A stretch of 63,922 bases of DNA, counting the filler, from Perkinsus chesapeaki ATCC PRA-425 (taxonomy: Eukaryota; Protista; Perkinsozoa), in assembly GCA_013115145.1 (NCBI GenBank). It is 20 parts of 20 records of this genome, joined end to end, with 100 filler letters (N's around TTAATTAATTAA, not from the genome) between each part and the next. Parts side by side here need not be neighbours in the genome. Positions count along the whole stretch, not along the records: positions 21,521 to 24,459 come from JAAPAO010001491.1; positions 24,560 to 33,802 come from JAAPAO010000943.1; positions 33,903 to 35,300 come from JAAPAO010001985.1; positions 35,401 to 38,247 come from JAAPAO010001510.1; 16 more parts are not named here. One strand, written 5' to 3'. A model generated the notes under the pieces. The model was given only the letters and a program-made list of their open reading frames with translations. It did not search any database and had not been told where the DNA came from. Below, piece after piece: positions 23,471 through 35,491 of this stretch (its first letter is position 1; each line of letters opens with the position of its first letter). The translations under genes were made by a program, and so were the position numbers.

Positions 23471-24969
23471 ACAGTTTACGTTACGGTCATTTGCTTTCAT
23501 CAATCAGGTTAGCTCACCTCACAAACTCAAGCTTGTAATTCATGAAATAAAAGCAGTATAATCTCACACCCATGACACATGAGCATTGAACGAAGAGTTG
23601 TATCTCGTGTTTTCTACGATAAGCCAGAGCAGCTACTCACGCACCGCTCCACGGACCCGGACAGCGAGGAATGTTTGCTTCGACCTTGGGAGATCAAACT
23701 TGCGGAATTATTCTTCAAAGGTGTGGACTATGGGGAGCCAATGCAAGAGCTCCACTCTTTCACTTTTGTTCCCGGTAGCACGTGACATCTGAGATGCGCA
23801 TGCGCGCATGACGGTCAGACGGACTTGTCGGCTTCGGAATCCTAACTATTCGTTCGCGGGCCACCTTAACAATGAGAGAGGGCTTGAATTACGGGGCCCG
23901 CCACTCAGGAGAATCTGATCTCATCGCTGTCGGACAGCGGCTGTCCGAAAAGTGTCAAGGCCATCAATCCGCAAGGGCAGAAGTCAAGTATTTTTGTTAT
24001 TATGCTTCCCTGAACGTAAAGTGTGGATGCGATCCTGCCCTGCGCACGTGATGAAAACTCCACGAGTAGAAATATCAACAGGCCATTCTGTTATACTGTT
24101 TCGCAACACTAGACCATGACTGGACTGAAACCGAAGTACGTAGACGAGATCGGTGCTTTCTAGCTCATAACGGCTAATGGAGCTTGAATATGCAAATAAT
24201 CTATTAATCTGATAAATCTGGAAATCAATCAATGCTAGAGGAGAACCCCTCAACACCTCCCGTCAACAGGGGGAGAATATCTCGGAGAGGCTCTTCTCAA
24301 CAGTTTCATCCTCCGTCCCGATTTAGCGGTTGGGTTGGTATCGGCCAACCGAATAGACTCGGGGTATGATGCATGAACTCTCACCCGCAAAAATCCGAGC
24401 ATTCCGTTCTTTCTCCATCGGATTCTCCTTACAATCACAAGGGAAGTTCCAGTAATATCNNNNNNNNNNNNNNNNNNNNNNNNNNNNNNNNNNNNNNNNN
24501 NNNTTAATTAATTAANNNNNNNNNNNNNNNNNNNNNNNNNNNNNNNNNNNNNNNNNNNNTCCAAGAGTACTCACTTTCTCTATTCATCGGTATGGTCCTG
24601 ATAATTCTACAGGGCAATACGTCATGCCCGGGACAGGTCATCATACAGACTTAGGTGAGATGGAATGTATGTGATCCAGACATCCAATGTGCTAAGTTCC
24701 CCCTCATAAATAGTCTCGAATCGACACTGTCGATTCGCTAACCGATGAACAAAGATTGATAGATTATACTGTTAGTTGACAAATATGTACTTATAGATTA
24801 CTCATACCAGGGCAGATAGAAGTTGTTAGAGATAATTGGTATTACTAAACATCTATGAACTCCACCATTCAGCTCTCTGCAGCGAGTACAACCCTACCTA
24901 GTGGAACAGAATGCCTTTCTAATGATTCTTCTTCATTGATCACAGAGTATAACAATCTTATAGTAGGTA

Positions 24970-25143
24970 GTGTTTGTGAAGCACAACGAAGCTTGTGCTA
25001 TCATACGCTCTGATGGGGAAGAGGAGCTCGTCGAGCGAACGCGTCAATCTTATGTCACGGTGTACATGCGTACGATAATAGGAGGAGCCGCTGAAGGCGG
25101 TTGAGACCTTGAGCGAAGGTCTAAGAGTTTCAGGCTCGTTACT
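24970..25143. repeat. ~175-bp segment duplicated at 26258-26453
   Basis: Near-identical gtgtttgtgaagcac...caggctcgttact; the second copy carries a 23-nt insertion. Confidence 0.95.
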
Positions 25144-26257
25144 CCAGAGAGTTTGAGTGTCTCCTTGATTTTGTCCCGCCCTCCACTCCCTCACAATTGT
25201 TGGGAAGGGGGGGACTCACTCGGTCAAGATGCTTGTCGCTCGTCTCCGTTGCTCACCGCCCAACGTAGTTTGAGACGGACATGGGCTGAACCATCAAGGA
25301 GTGTATCACTAATGAACAGTGGTGTTACACAACATGTAATTACGCAAGATTCAATCATACTTCTAAGGTTTAAAGATAAGTTAAGTACTATGCCATAATA
25401 ACGAACTTATATACAGTATTAGGGTTTATATGTTAATATTCCTAATGATTGTGAACTCTTTCATGGTGTCGATATTCTCTTAATAATCCAGTGAAATCGT
25501 AATTTTGCAATTGTCTCTTAGGTGACGAGAGCGTGCCATCTTCAATTGGCATGAACCTTAACTTTGAGATGCACGAAGGCGATGGAGATCGAGAATATGT
25601 CGATGTTATCACTAGAATAGTTAGGCCAGTCATAGGCCAGTGGCAACCTGACATGATGGTGAGATCATGAGTACCTGTTTTCTTACATCACACACCAAGC
25701 TTGACAAGCTTAGCTCCCGATTTACACTTCTGAAAAGCCGCCAGCCCCTGTAGTGTTCCGTCCCTGACCGTATAGCAAGAGAGGATGTGTTAAAAGCACT
25801 AAGATCATAGCGAATCAGTTTGCCTCCATAAAGGTTCGTTCGCCAACCGTTATAGCCTTTCATATGCGTACTGTTCTTTATTTGTTTGCGTACATGTATG
25901 TTGGCAGGAATATGATTATCCGTAGAGTGTATAAGTAGGCCGTCTCTTTACGGCCTTTTCACTAGTATTGTCTGCTTGAACTTGCCGGTCTTCTCATGAA
26001 CACCGCTGAGTGATGAGTGCTCCAGGTATTCCTTTGCGGGTTCGATGCTATTGATCATTCCTCTGCACCCACAACCTTCACCGGTCCTGGTATGGACTGT
26101 AAATTATCACCTGAGTGGTAGGTTACAATCATTATCATCGTTTCCCTGCTAAGCTGTTCCTCCTAGGTTTGCTTGGGCATATCCGTATCTTTCCAGCATC
26201 ATGCCAAGCGGCCGGATCGTCGCGTGTACAGAGGGAGGGTGAGTTACAAAATTAACC

Positions 26258-26453
26258 GTGTTTGTGAAGCACGACGAAGCTTGTGCTATCATACGCTCTG
26301 ATGGGGAAGAGGAGCTCGTAAGCGAACGCGTCAATCTTATGTCACGGTGTACATGCGTACGATAATAGGAGGAGCCGCTGAAGGCGGTTGAGAGTCTCAA
26401 CCGTCTCAACTTGAGACCTTGAGCGAAGGTCTAAGAGTTTCAGGCTCGTTACT
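26258..26453. repeat. Second copy of the 24970-25143 segment
   Basis: Direct repeat about 1.29 kb downstream, with the insertion at 26394-26416. Confidence 0.95.
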
Positions 26454-28261
26454 GCAGAGACCACCGTGACATAAGATTGACGCATGCGCTCGCCGTATAC
26501 ATCTAGAATAGTACGATAATCCATTCTTTGAGTTGGTTGCTATCGTAGCTTAGTTAGTTTTCACCGACTACTTCTGAATCCGAATTAGCCCACTGGTAAT
26601 TTGTTCACCTTATTGTGACAGAGCCGCCTTTCATGAGAATCACTCGACTTACATTGGACTTGATCAGCGACGCTCGGCGTGTAAAAAAATATCGATTTGT
26701 CGAATGATAAATTGGGAGGCACTGTACGTTACGTGTTATTCCTTCTCGCCGTTTTTTCCAAAACATACTTGTAGGCCATTTGATTAGCGCATTGGCAAAC
26801 GTACCGCTTTTTGTCATTCCAGGTACAATCCGGAATCTAGTGGTCGAGCTGGTTGGCTGTTGGTCGACAGTATAGTTGCTCACCTAGCAGCTATCCAGAA
26901 AGACCGTACCGAAGCCGTTACTGCCGCAACTGCACAGAGGCCCAGCATGCTGCCAGTGTCCGACTTTGTGAGAATTTGCGAATTATCTTGGCTTAATAGC
27001 TCTGTTGTCGTGAGGCCAAAACTGCTTTTACATCCTTGGGAGTGTACTTCGATTATGGACCTGGATTGACTAGGTCCGTCAATCTAGGGAATTGAATCAC
27101 GAGAAGAGTTGTTACCGATGGGGACTGATGCGCCGCGAAATCCCATTTGAATAACATAATGTCATTATCAAGCCGTTCGATTCATCGGTTAAATCCGTCA
27201 ATCCGGCTGCTCAGTACGATTTTATTTAATTGTTTGGTTTCAGGCGCGTCAACGTTCATGGGATGCCAGATTAAATGAGCATATATCAACGTTTAGGAGT
27301 GCTGGTTGGAACATTCCATTAGGTTGATATTCCTATTATTGTACACTCATACGTACCCACTACATTACCAGAAAAGTAGTCTGTCTAGATTCCCTATCAC
27401 TTTTTGAGTTTTTAATTTACTGCCTTGCGGCATCGGTGAACTAACTGATGATCATGATAGTCAATCCATCGGAACTGAGGGAAGTATCTTCCCGGAAGAT
27501 CCCTCCTGGAAAATGCGGACTGGCATGCCTCGTGTCTTTCATTGTTAGGGGGTATTTTATCTTCATCGAGCTAACGGCTATGGACCTAATCCTGATTCAG
27601 AATTAACGCACCAAACAAGCAGGCAGGTATAAGTCAACTGAAAATTCTTTAGGGTAAGAAAACTCGTAAAATCCAGTATTTCCGTGGTCACTTTGACGAA
27701 GAAATCTTCGGTAAATGTAACTTCTGATCACTGATGCTTAACCTCTCCATTCATCGAATGCCTCATGCTTATCGCGTGAATCTGGCGAACGGGCTTTGCT
27801 AATTATATGGGTACATTGCTCCCCGTACTAGCCCGAATCGGGCTGCCCGATACCAACCTCATCGGAATTCGGTTCCGTGATATAACTGTTTGGGACGGTC
27901 CAACTTGGAAGTGTCTTCATGCATGAGTAACTTATTACAAGTTACTCTGCATAATATTCATAGCATATTGTGTACGTCATGGCTATGAGCAAGTTGCTAA
28001 TATGCTCCTTTCGGCCCTCAAGCTGAGTGCCTCAGCCGAGCTCGTTTGATTTGACCCCGCCCGAGGAGTTCGCGGTTCACCAAGCCTTTTCTTCGAGAGT
28101 TCTTATTATTATTATTATTAACTCAATAGCATACCGAGAGTGGAAACTGACTACCTGAGAATGTAAGGATTAAATTGTTCTATAAGGCCCTCACAGTGAG
28201 AGGATTGCTCCCAATAATGTGATGATCAAAAATGGATTCCATTGTATCAGCATGTTTATGT

Positions 28262-30380
28262 CTACTGTATACGACGACACTTCATAATCACAGATAAATT
28301 GTGGGGGCATGTTGTAAGCGGCGAAGTGAACTTTGTAGTGAAACCTTCGACAGCATCGTCCAGTTGGAAATTTTCGAAACTTCGGAGTAGGAGCGCAGCA
28401 AAGAACACGACTTCTCTGATAGCTAGGTGTCTTCCGGGACACTGCCTTGGCCCGGAACCGAAAGCGATGAAGTCAGCCTTCTTCCCTTCATCGACCACAC
28501 CGTTATTAGATTCCATCCAGCGCTCAGGTCTGATAAGCAAATTAATTAGAAATGCTGATTCAGCAAAGGCCTTCAAACTTAGGAAGTTAAAAAAGTTAAA
28601 CACCCCAAAAATTTCTCGGAAAACGAATCATTTTTCGATTGATTCTATCAGATAGAGCCCATCGGAAAATGAGGTTGCTCAGGGTTCATTCGCGCCTGTC
28701 TCCATGACAAGCGGGAGCTGATTGCACTGTGGTCGTCATTGGTGGCTCGTAACAGACTCAAAGGAAGTTCAATGGAACTGAATCACTCACTTGAACTCGT
28801 CGCCGTCCTCATATTCTTGTCTCATCATGAGACCAATCGGGAGGATAATCTGAGTTCCTGCAGCAATTGACTTCCCACCAACTGTACAGTCAACCAGAGC
28901 CCTGATGATACTTACTGGAGCAGACGGGTTTAACTGAGTTAGTTAAAGCTTTTAAAAGCTCCATGCTTAGAAGTTACCCTGAGTGACTCTAAAGCACATG
29001 CTTCAATATAAGGCATATCACGCATAGAAGCAGTCGATAAATCGTCAATTGCATCAGCCTCAGCCCTGGCCTTCCTCTGAACTTCTGGGTAGATGCAGAA
29101 GTTCTTCAGTAGCCACGATATAGCGCTGGCAGTCGTTTCCCCTCCAGCTGACAAATACCTAACTCAGCCAACGTATACGTAGTAGCGATGCTCGAAACAT
29201 GGTTGCTGATTGCTTACATCACAAGTGTATGCGTCAGTTCGATCTCACTGAAATCGGTGCCTGCACTATCGAGAAGGCTCTTTAACCGATAGGCCTTGTG
29301 AGGCAATTCAGCTATACTGCGGCTTATGCTTGCTGTCAATATCTTATAAATTTCTCTCCACCTGTTCACCACCTGAAAATAACCCAAAGGAAGCACTCGC
29401 GGCAATCTGGTGAGAACTGAGCACTCCGATATTCTGCTCCAATTCAATTGAGAAAACCGACTGTGTAATTTGAAGGCTACCAACGGAATGACGTTCCACT
29501 CAGTGTAAGAGGATTGTAACACATATATACTCCGATATTCTGCTAACACTATAATGTTCGTTATTTCTTACCGGTGGAATTCACTGGGTTCTCCTCTCCC
29601 ATATACACCGCTATAGCAGCTTTTGATGCACATATTTGAAAGTCCTCAACCGGTTGCCACTTCACTATTCTATCTTCGTTTGCAGAAACTCGAAGCCTCT
29701 GTATCTGTTCGAAGCTTCGTGACTCCTTCATGCTAGAGTATGCAGTCGAGTCACCAATTGTTGTGCCAGTGTAAGCATCATGGGTGTCAATTTATCCAAG
29801 TTGGACTCCATCAACGGGCGGGATGATATTCTTCGGTGCTTCTTCCACATATCACCTTCCGTCATTGCCATCGTTTTCATGTCCAAGATATTCTCAAAGT
29901 CGGGCCCACTAAACTCTCTTGGTCGTCTTCTCATAACATTACGATAAACGTCGATATCCGACACAATCAGCACTTGGCGTGTCAATGTCCTGTAGCAATG
30001 AAAGTTGTAATGCGACCCATATGAACCTCGCGATGGAACCTACTTGAAACAACAAATTTTTCCAAAGCTTCTTGGCAGGTCGATGATCTCTTTGAACTGC
30101 TGTTCTGGAGGTATGACTGCTAACCGTATCAAGAACGGTATCTGAATGATATTTGGTGAAAAACCGACGAATCTTATCGGTGGTGTCCAAGTAGTGATAT
30201 TACCCCTGGTCCAGGAAAAGGAGGCGCCTTGAGAACCCTCACCAATGCCTCGAAAGCTTTGAGAGTGGCAAAGCTCACTGTAATACCGACAATCAGCTTG
30301 CCTACGATCCTGCCAATTGTAGCGTCCTTTCCAGCATATTTTGAGAGTAAGGATTGGGCGTCGATGAGGACGCTGGTCAT
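28262..30380 (-). CDS. Cytochrome P450 (multi-exon), copy 1
   Basis: N-terminal anchor then PPFPGP; C-helix EGDMWKKHRR; I-helix AGGETTA; K-helix ESLR; PERW; heme motif FGSGPRQCPG. Confidence 0.93.
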
Positions 30381-30845
30381 ACCTTTTAATACACTAGCCA
30401 AGTGAAGTGCTGCCACATAAGAGTCAATAAACCCCGGGAGGCAAAGAAATCTCTGATGTCGTATATATACGGGAACTTCTTGTCAGCCTGACAGTGTCAG
30501 GAAGTATACTGAGGAAGTACGTTCATAGTTGAGTTAGTCGAATGGACGATTCCGATGTGCACCTTTCACGACCTAGCCACCCGGTGGCTGCCACCGACGT
30601 ACGCGAAGCGTAGCCTGATATTGGATACATATCGTTGACTGACAGAGAAGCCGCTTGAGACAACTCGAATATTGGCTCAAATGAAGTAGTAGCCAGAATC
30701 TCGTAGAAAAGCGAACTTCAGGAGTCGATGATACATTTTGGATGACAGGTTGAAATTATTCTGATTAAAAAAGTAATTATAGTCACGGCCAAGAGAGAGA
30801 TCATCATTCAACATTATGTCGAAAATGTTACTTGCACGAAGATCA

Positions 30846-33041
30846 TCATGCCGGGCTTGAAAAAGACTCGTTTGCCACCTCCATTGTAATGTAAAGCCCT
30901 TGAGGATGCATAATGACAATTGATGTGAACTTATTCTCTACAATGGAGACCTCTGCAAGCCTCATATTTCTGAAGTGACGAAGCAATCTTGAAGCGTATA
31001 CCAACATTTCCTTCATGGCCAAATGCCTTCCTGGACAAATTCTAGGTCCGTCTCCGAAACCGGTGAACTCACGAAACTTATCAGGGTCAACTTTCTTACC
31101 ATCTTCTGAGAGCCAACGTTCTGGCCTAAAGTGGTATGGACATATATCGCTCGAGTTACTCGTTACAAGCTCACAGGTAGCTTACCGGAACTCGGCTCCC
31201 TGCTCGTAAGAATCTTCTTGGATTTTTTTGAGCATGATAACAATACGCGTTCCAGCTTTGATTGGTTTACCATCGATCTCGCTGTCGTGAAGTGCAACTA
31301 GCGGCAGCACCGGTCCAAGTATGTTGAGCTGAGAACAATAAAAAGGTATCAGTGAGATAGTAAAACTTTTTTAAAAGTTAGCTTGTTAATAAGAAGTTGT
31401 TATCAACAAGCTCATACTTGTTATTGAGTCAGAACAAAGTGAGTTATCTTGGGTAACTCGACTTACTCTCAGGCTCTCGAGTATACATCCTCTTAAATAG
31501 ACCAGTTGGTCGAGCTCCTCCGGGGTCTCTGGATCTCGTTTCAGAGTAAGTGCCTCACCTCGAGCTCGTTCTTGTACATCAGGATTGAGTGACATATACT
31601 TAAGAAGGTTGCTCAAAGAACCAGCAACGGTATCGCTTCCAGCTCCCAGAAACCTGACATTTCCGTGATATTCCAAGGCATAAATATCCGACCAGAGGTC
31701 TCAACATTCTTACATGTGTAAAGTACTCATCAGCTCCTTCATATCGTATTCTTTACCGGCATGCTCCAAGATGCTAGGCAGTTTAAAGCCAGGATTCTCA
31801 GATCGTTTCACAAGGTTATACTCGATAATGCCTTGCCACGAAGCCTTCAGGCCATCCTCGCCATTCCAGTCTGCGAGGAGCTACACGGGAAGAGACGCTC
31901 CGAATCACACCGGTGTAAACCTATTTTAAGGTAAGTACGGTGTCACTTTAAGATGGATTCTTTGAATGACAGATAATCATGCAGAACGGCTAACTCAGCC
32001 TACCCTCCGAAGTCTCGGATGGAACTTGGTAAGGAACGGGAACTGTACAATGACAGCCGCTATTGAACTTATGCTTAGTTCCAGCTCGCGCCGTACAAAC
32101 GAAACCGCTCGTCTCTGGAAGTCATCGGTGAACAAAAGGTCTAAAGAGGAACTCAGGACTGACGGCAGGGCATTTCATGAAGACGAAGCTCTCAAGACGA
32201 AGCTCTCGGAAGTTCCGAGTCGGAACACCATCTCACCTCTGGATTGTTGTGGATTTGCTTCCCCAAGATACACTGCAGATGCAATTTGGGATGCGCCATG
32301 CACAAGGTGTTCCTCCGGAGCCCAGCGACTCACGACACCCTTCTCGTTACTCAAGGCATGTACGTCTCGTATCTACAGAGGGTAGAGAGAAGGAATCGAG
32401 CATGAGCGACTAGCAGCTCGGCTCACTAATGAATCGGCGACTGAGCAAATCGTGGGGAGCAAACTGTTCACGTTGCTCTCGATGAGAGGGCGTGAGACAA
32501 TCTTTCTGTGAACCTTCCAAGCATCGCCTTCGGCAAACGCAACGTTGGCGTGGTCCAGAAGGTTGGGAACTTGTGCTCTGCTATAAACTTTAGGTCGTTT
32601 CTTAGCTATTTGGTGGAAGACCTTTGCATCCGATATCAGAATCACAGTGGTAAAAAAGAGCCTGAGAGAAGTATTTCTTCATGTCGGCGAATCGCAACAG
32701 ATCCGATCTGTTTCAGAAACCCCACCTAAAGGAGCTGATTTTTCCGTAATTGTTGGCAATATTTGTTAACCATTCGACCTGCTTCTCGGGGCTCATGAAT
32801 GGGAGGCAGATGACAGAAATAGCCTGCATAAGGCGAACGCAACTTTCTGATCCCTTCGAGACGGGTAGCTTACCTTTGGGCCTGGAAAAGGAGTTCTCAT
32901 TAGTCTCCTTATGAGCCTTGAGCCGACGATGAATGCCATCGCAGCTCCAACTATCTTCAAGCCAGTCCTCTTCGTTACAATAGAGGCAACGAACCTCGTG
33001 AACCGGGAAGTTAAGGACGTGTAGCTCAGATTCAGGTCCAT
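30846..33041 (-). CDS. Cytochrome P450 (multi-exon), copy 2
   Basis: MDLNLSY...TPFPGPK; EGDAWKVHRK; AGSDTV; ESLR; RPERW; FGDGPRICPGRHLA; stop TGA at 30846. Confidence 0.93.
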
Positions 33042-33231
33042 AGAAAATGCGTGTGAGGGGGACTTGTAACTACCGTAAACCTTCAGCGACAACCCACACA
33101 CGTCCAGATAACGCGTTCCTTAAGAAGTTTCGGAAGTCCCGCTGCGAAATCCTAGGCGGTACCAAGCAACGCATTTTCTATTCATATCTACTTTACTATT
33201 CCTCAACTTTGTTCTTGCGTGCACGTATGAA

Positions 33232-33600
33232 TTGAGTCACACGGTTCCCGCGTCACGGTCATTTCTGAATCAGAAATGGCCATCAGAAATTCTGACGGCA
33301 GGGCATTTCATGAAGACGAAGCTCTCAAGACGAAGCTCTCGGAAGTTCCGAGTCGGAACACCATCTCACCTCTGGATTGTTGTGGATTTGCTTCCCCAAG
33401 ATACACTGCAGATGCAATTTGGGATGCACAAGGTGTGCATGGCGCCCGGAGCCCAGCGACTTACGACACGGTGTCGTAAGTGAGAAGGGTGTCGTCGACA
33501 CCCTTCTCGTTACTCAAGGCATGTACGTCTAGCAAATCATGAGGAGCAAACTGCCTATGTTGCTTTCGATGGGATGGCGCTAGACTACTTTTCTGCGAGC
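33232..33600 (-). pseudogene. Partial duplicate of an internal exon-plus-intron segment of P450 copy 2
   Basis: 33294-33427 is near-identical to 32161-32295; 33500-33600 resembles 32335-32500 with deletions. No start or heme exon. Confidence 0.8.
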
Positions 33601-33902
33601 CTTTGCAGAGACTCTTTTAGAGAGTTGAGGCTCTGTACAGAATTCAGGTTCTTATAAACGCCGTTCTCACAAGATAAGTCGATAGTAGATGTGCCAAAGT
33701 AACAGTGAACCACTAACAATGTCTTGCTTCAACTTCAACTTTCTCAATTAAATTATCAATACTACTAGCCTCACAGCGTGACACAATAAACTGTCTTCAC
33801 AGNNNNNNNNNNNNNNNNNNNNNNNNNNNNNNNNNNNNNNNNNNNNTTAATTAATTAANNNNNNNNNNNNNNNNNNNNNNNNNNNNNNNNNNNNNNNNNN
33901 NN

Positions 33903-34030
33903 TTTGCAATAACAGGAGGTAGTCTGATTTCACTCCCCGATCCAGCAGTACCTTGAGTGCTGACCACGTGCTACATTTATCAAACGCTCCTTCTATGTCA
34001 ACGAACAAAGCTCCGACGCTTTAGCCCTCC
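33903..34030 (-). mobile_element. Degenerate non-LTR (LINE) reverse transcriptase fragment
   Basis: The minus frame reads QAWSEG*SVGALFVDIEGAFDKCSTWSALKVLLDRGVKSDYLLLLQ, the LINE RT D..gAFD motif and following helix. Confidence 0.75.
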
Positions 34031-35400
34031 GACCAAGCTTGACGCACTCCCAGGGTGCTTGAAAAACTTTCCATGGAAAATTTCCACCTCATCAAATCTT
34101 TCCGGAAAGATTTGGCACTAAAAAGGCTCTATTTTACAGTTATAGTCGCCGATGCTGATGGTGAACTGTCGTTCGGCTCGTTAAATGATTGATACTCCGG
34201 TTGAGACTCCTAAGACGTTATAGTTACACAACAGTGTTGTGACAACACTCCTTCCTCAAAACGGAAAATAACCGAACTCTGGAACTCTGGACCTACCAGA
34301 TGCAATTACTCTCAATAAAGCTGCTCAGCATTGTGATCGGAAAACGTTAAGACGTATTTTGATACTGAGCGGCCACTCGAACCAGGGCTCAACGGGGACT
34401 TGGCGCGTAAGCATTTCCGAGCTCACTTTCATGTTTGGCGTGTTGGATCGGACTTGACTGGGCCGACAACACGAAAGCATCCGACTTTTTTGGATCATTT
34501 GCATAAACAACCCTAACAACATCGTGGCTGGCCTTGTACAATAGTAGAAACCACCTTAGGTGTGCCCCATTGCAGCCCCCAGCCTGTCAACGCGAATTGC
34601 TCATAGTTCCAGCCGTTTCGGACATGACTGGCCTGACCAGAATCGTGTGTAACACAAGTGTGTTGAACTTTGGACTATCTTTTTAGCCGGGCAACCCCCT
34701 AGGAGGTTGGGGTTTGAAGATGGGCAAAAAGGTGGGCAAACTTTGCCCACCCTCAGCCCGGAAGGTGCCCACGTTCAGGCCGTTGGGCCCATTAGCCGTC
34801 TTTGTCGGATCGCATTGACCAGTGTGTAATAGTCCTAGGTAGTCGGTGTTAAAGCAAGTGTATTTTATCGTGCTGTGGGGTCTAGCCGCTTAGATTGTAC
34901 GTGTTGCTCGTGTTTATCGCAGTGTGTTTATACGACTTAATCCACTCTTGCAAACATTTTTCTGCCTGGATCGATTAATTTACCCGTTAGTTGGTCAGAG
35001 AAGTACCTCTTTACGCCATTGACGGGTGACGGGACACATGTGGACACACGGTATAGCACAAAAAACATGAAAGGAGCAGCATTAACCTGCAAACAAGCTC
35101 GCAACACGGTTTTAATGAACTCTTTCGGAATCTTTCGGAAATTTCGCGAAAGTTTCCTGGAAACTTTCCTCTGGAAAGTTTCCGCCGTTTCTCGTGCGCA
35201 GTCTCAACCCTGCGCACTCCGGACTCTAGTTCCCCAACCGCGGTGTCACATCCCTTGCCCGGTCGGTATGCATGCAGCGAGTCAGGAAATGACATCTCCG
35301 NNNNNNNNNNNNNNNNNNNNNNNNNNNNNNNNNNNNNNNNNNNNTTAATTAATTAANNNNNNNNNNNNNNNNNNNNNNNNNNNNNNNNNNNNNNNNNNNN

Positions 35401-35472
<72 letters not shown>
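35401..35472. repeat. (GTA)n microsatellite at the contig start
   Basis: About 24 perfect GTA units. Confidence 0.95.
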
Positions 35473-35473
<1 letters not shown>

Positions 35474-35491
35474 GGCTTGTTGTTGTTATTA

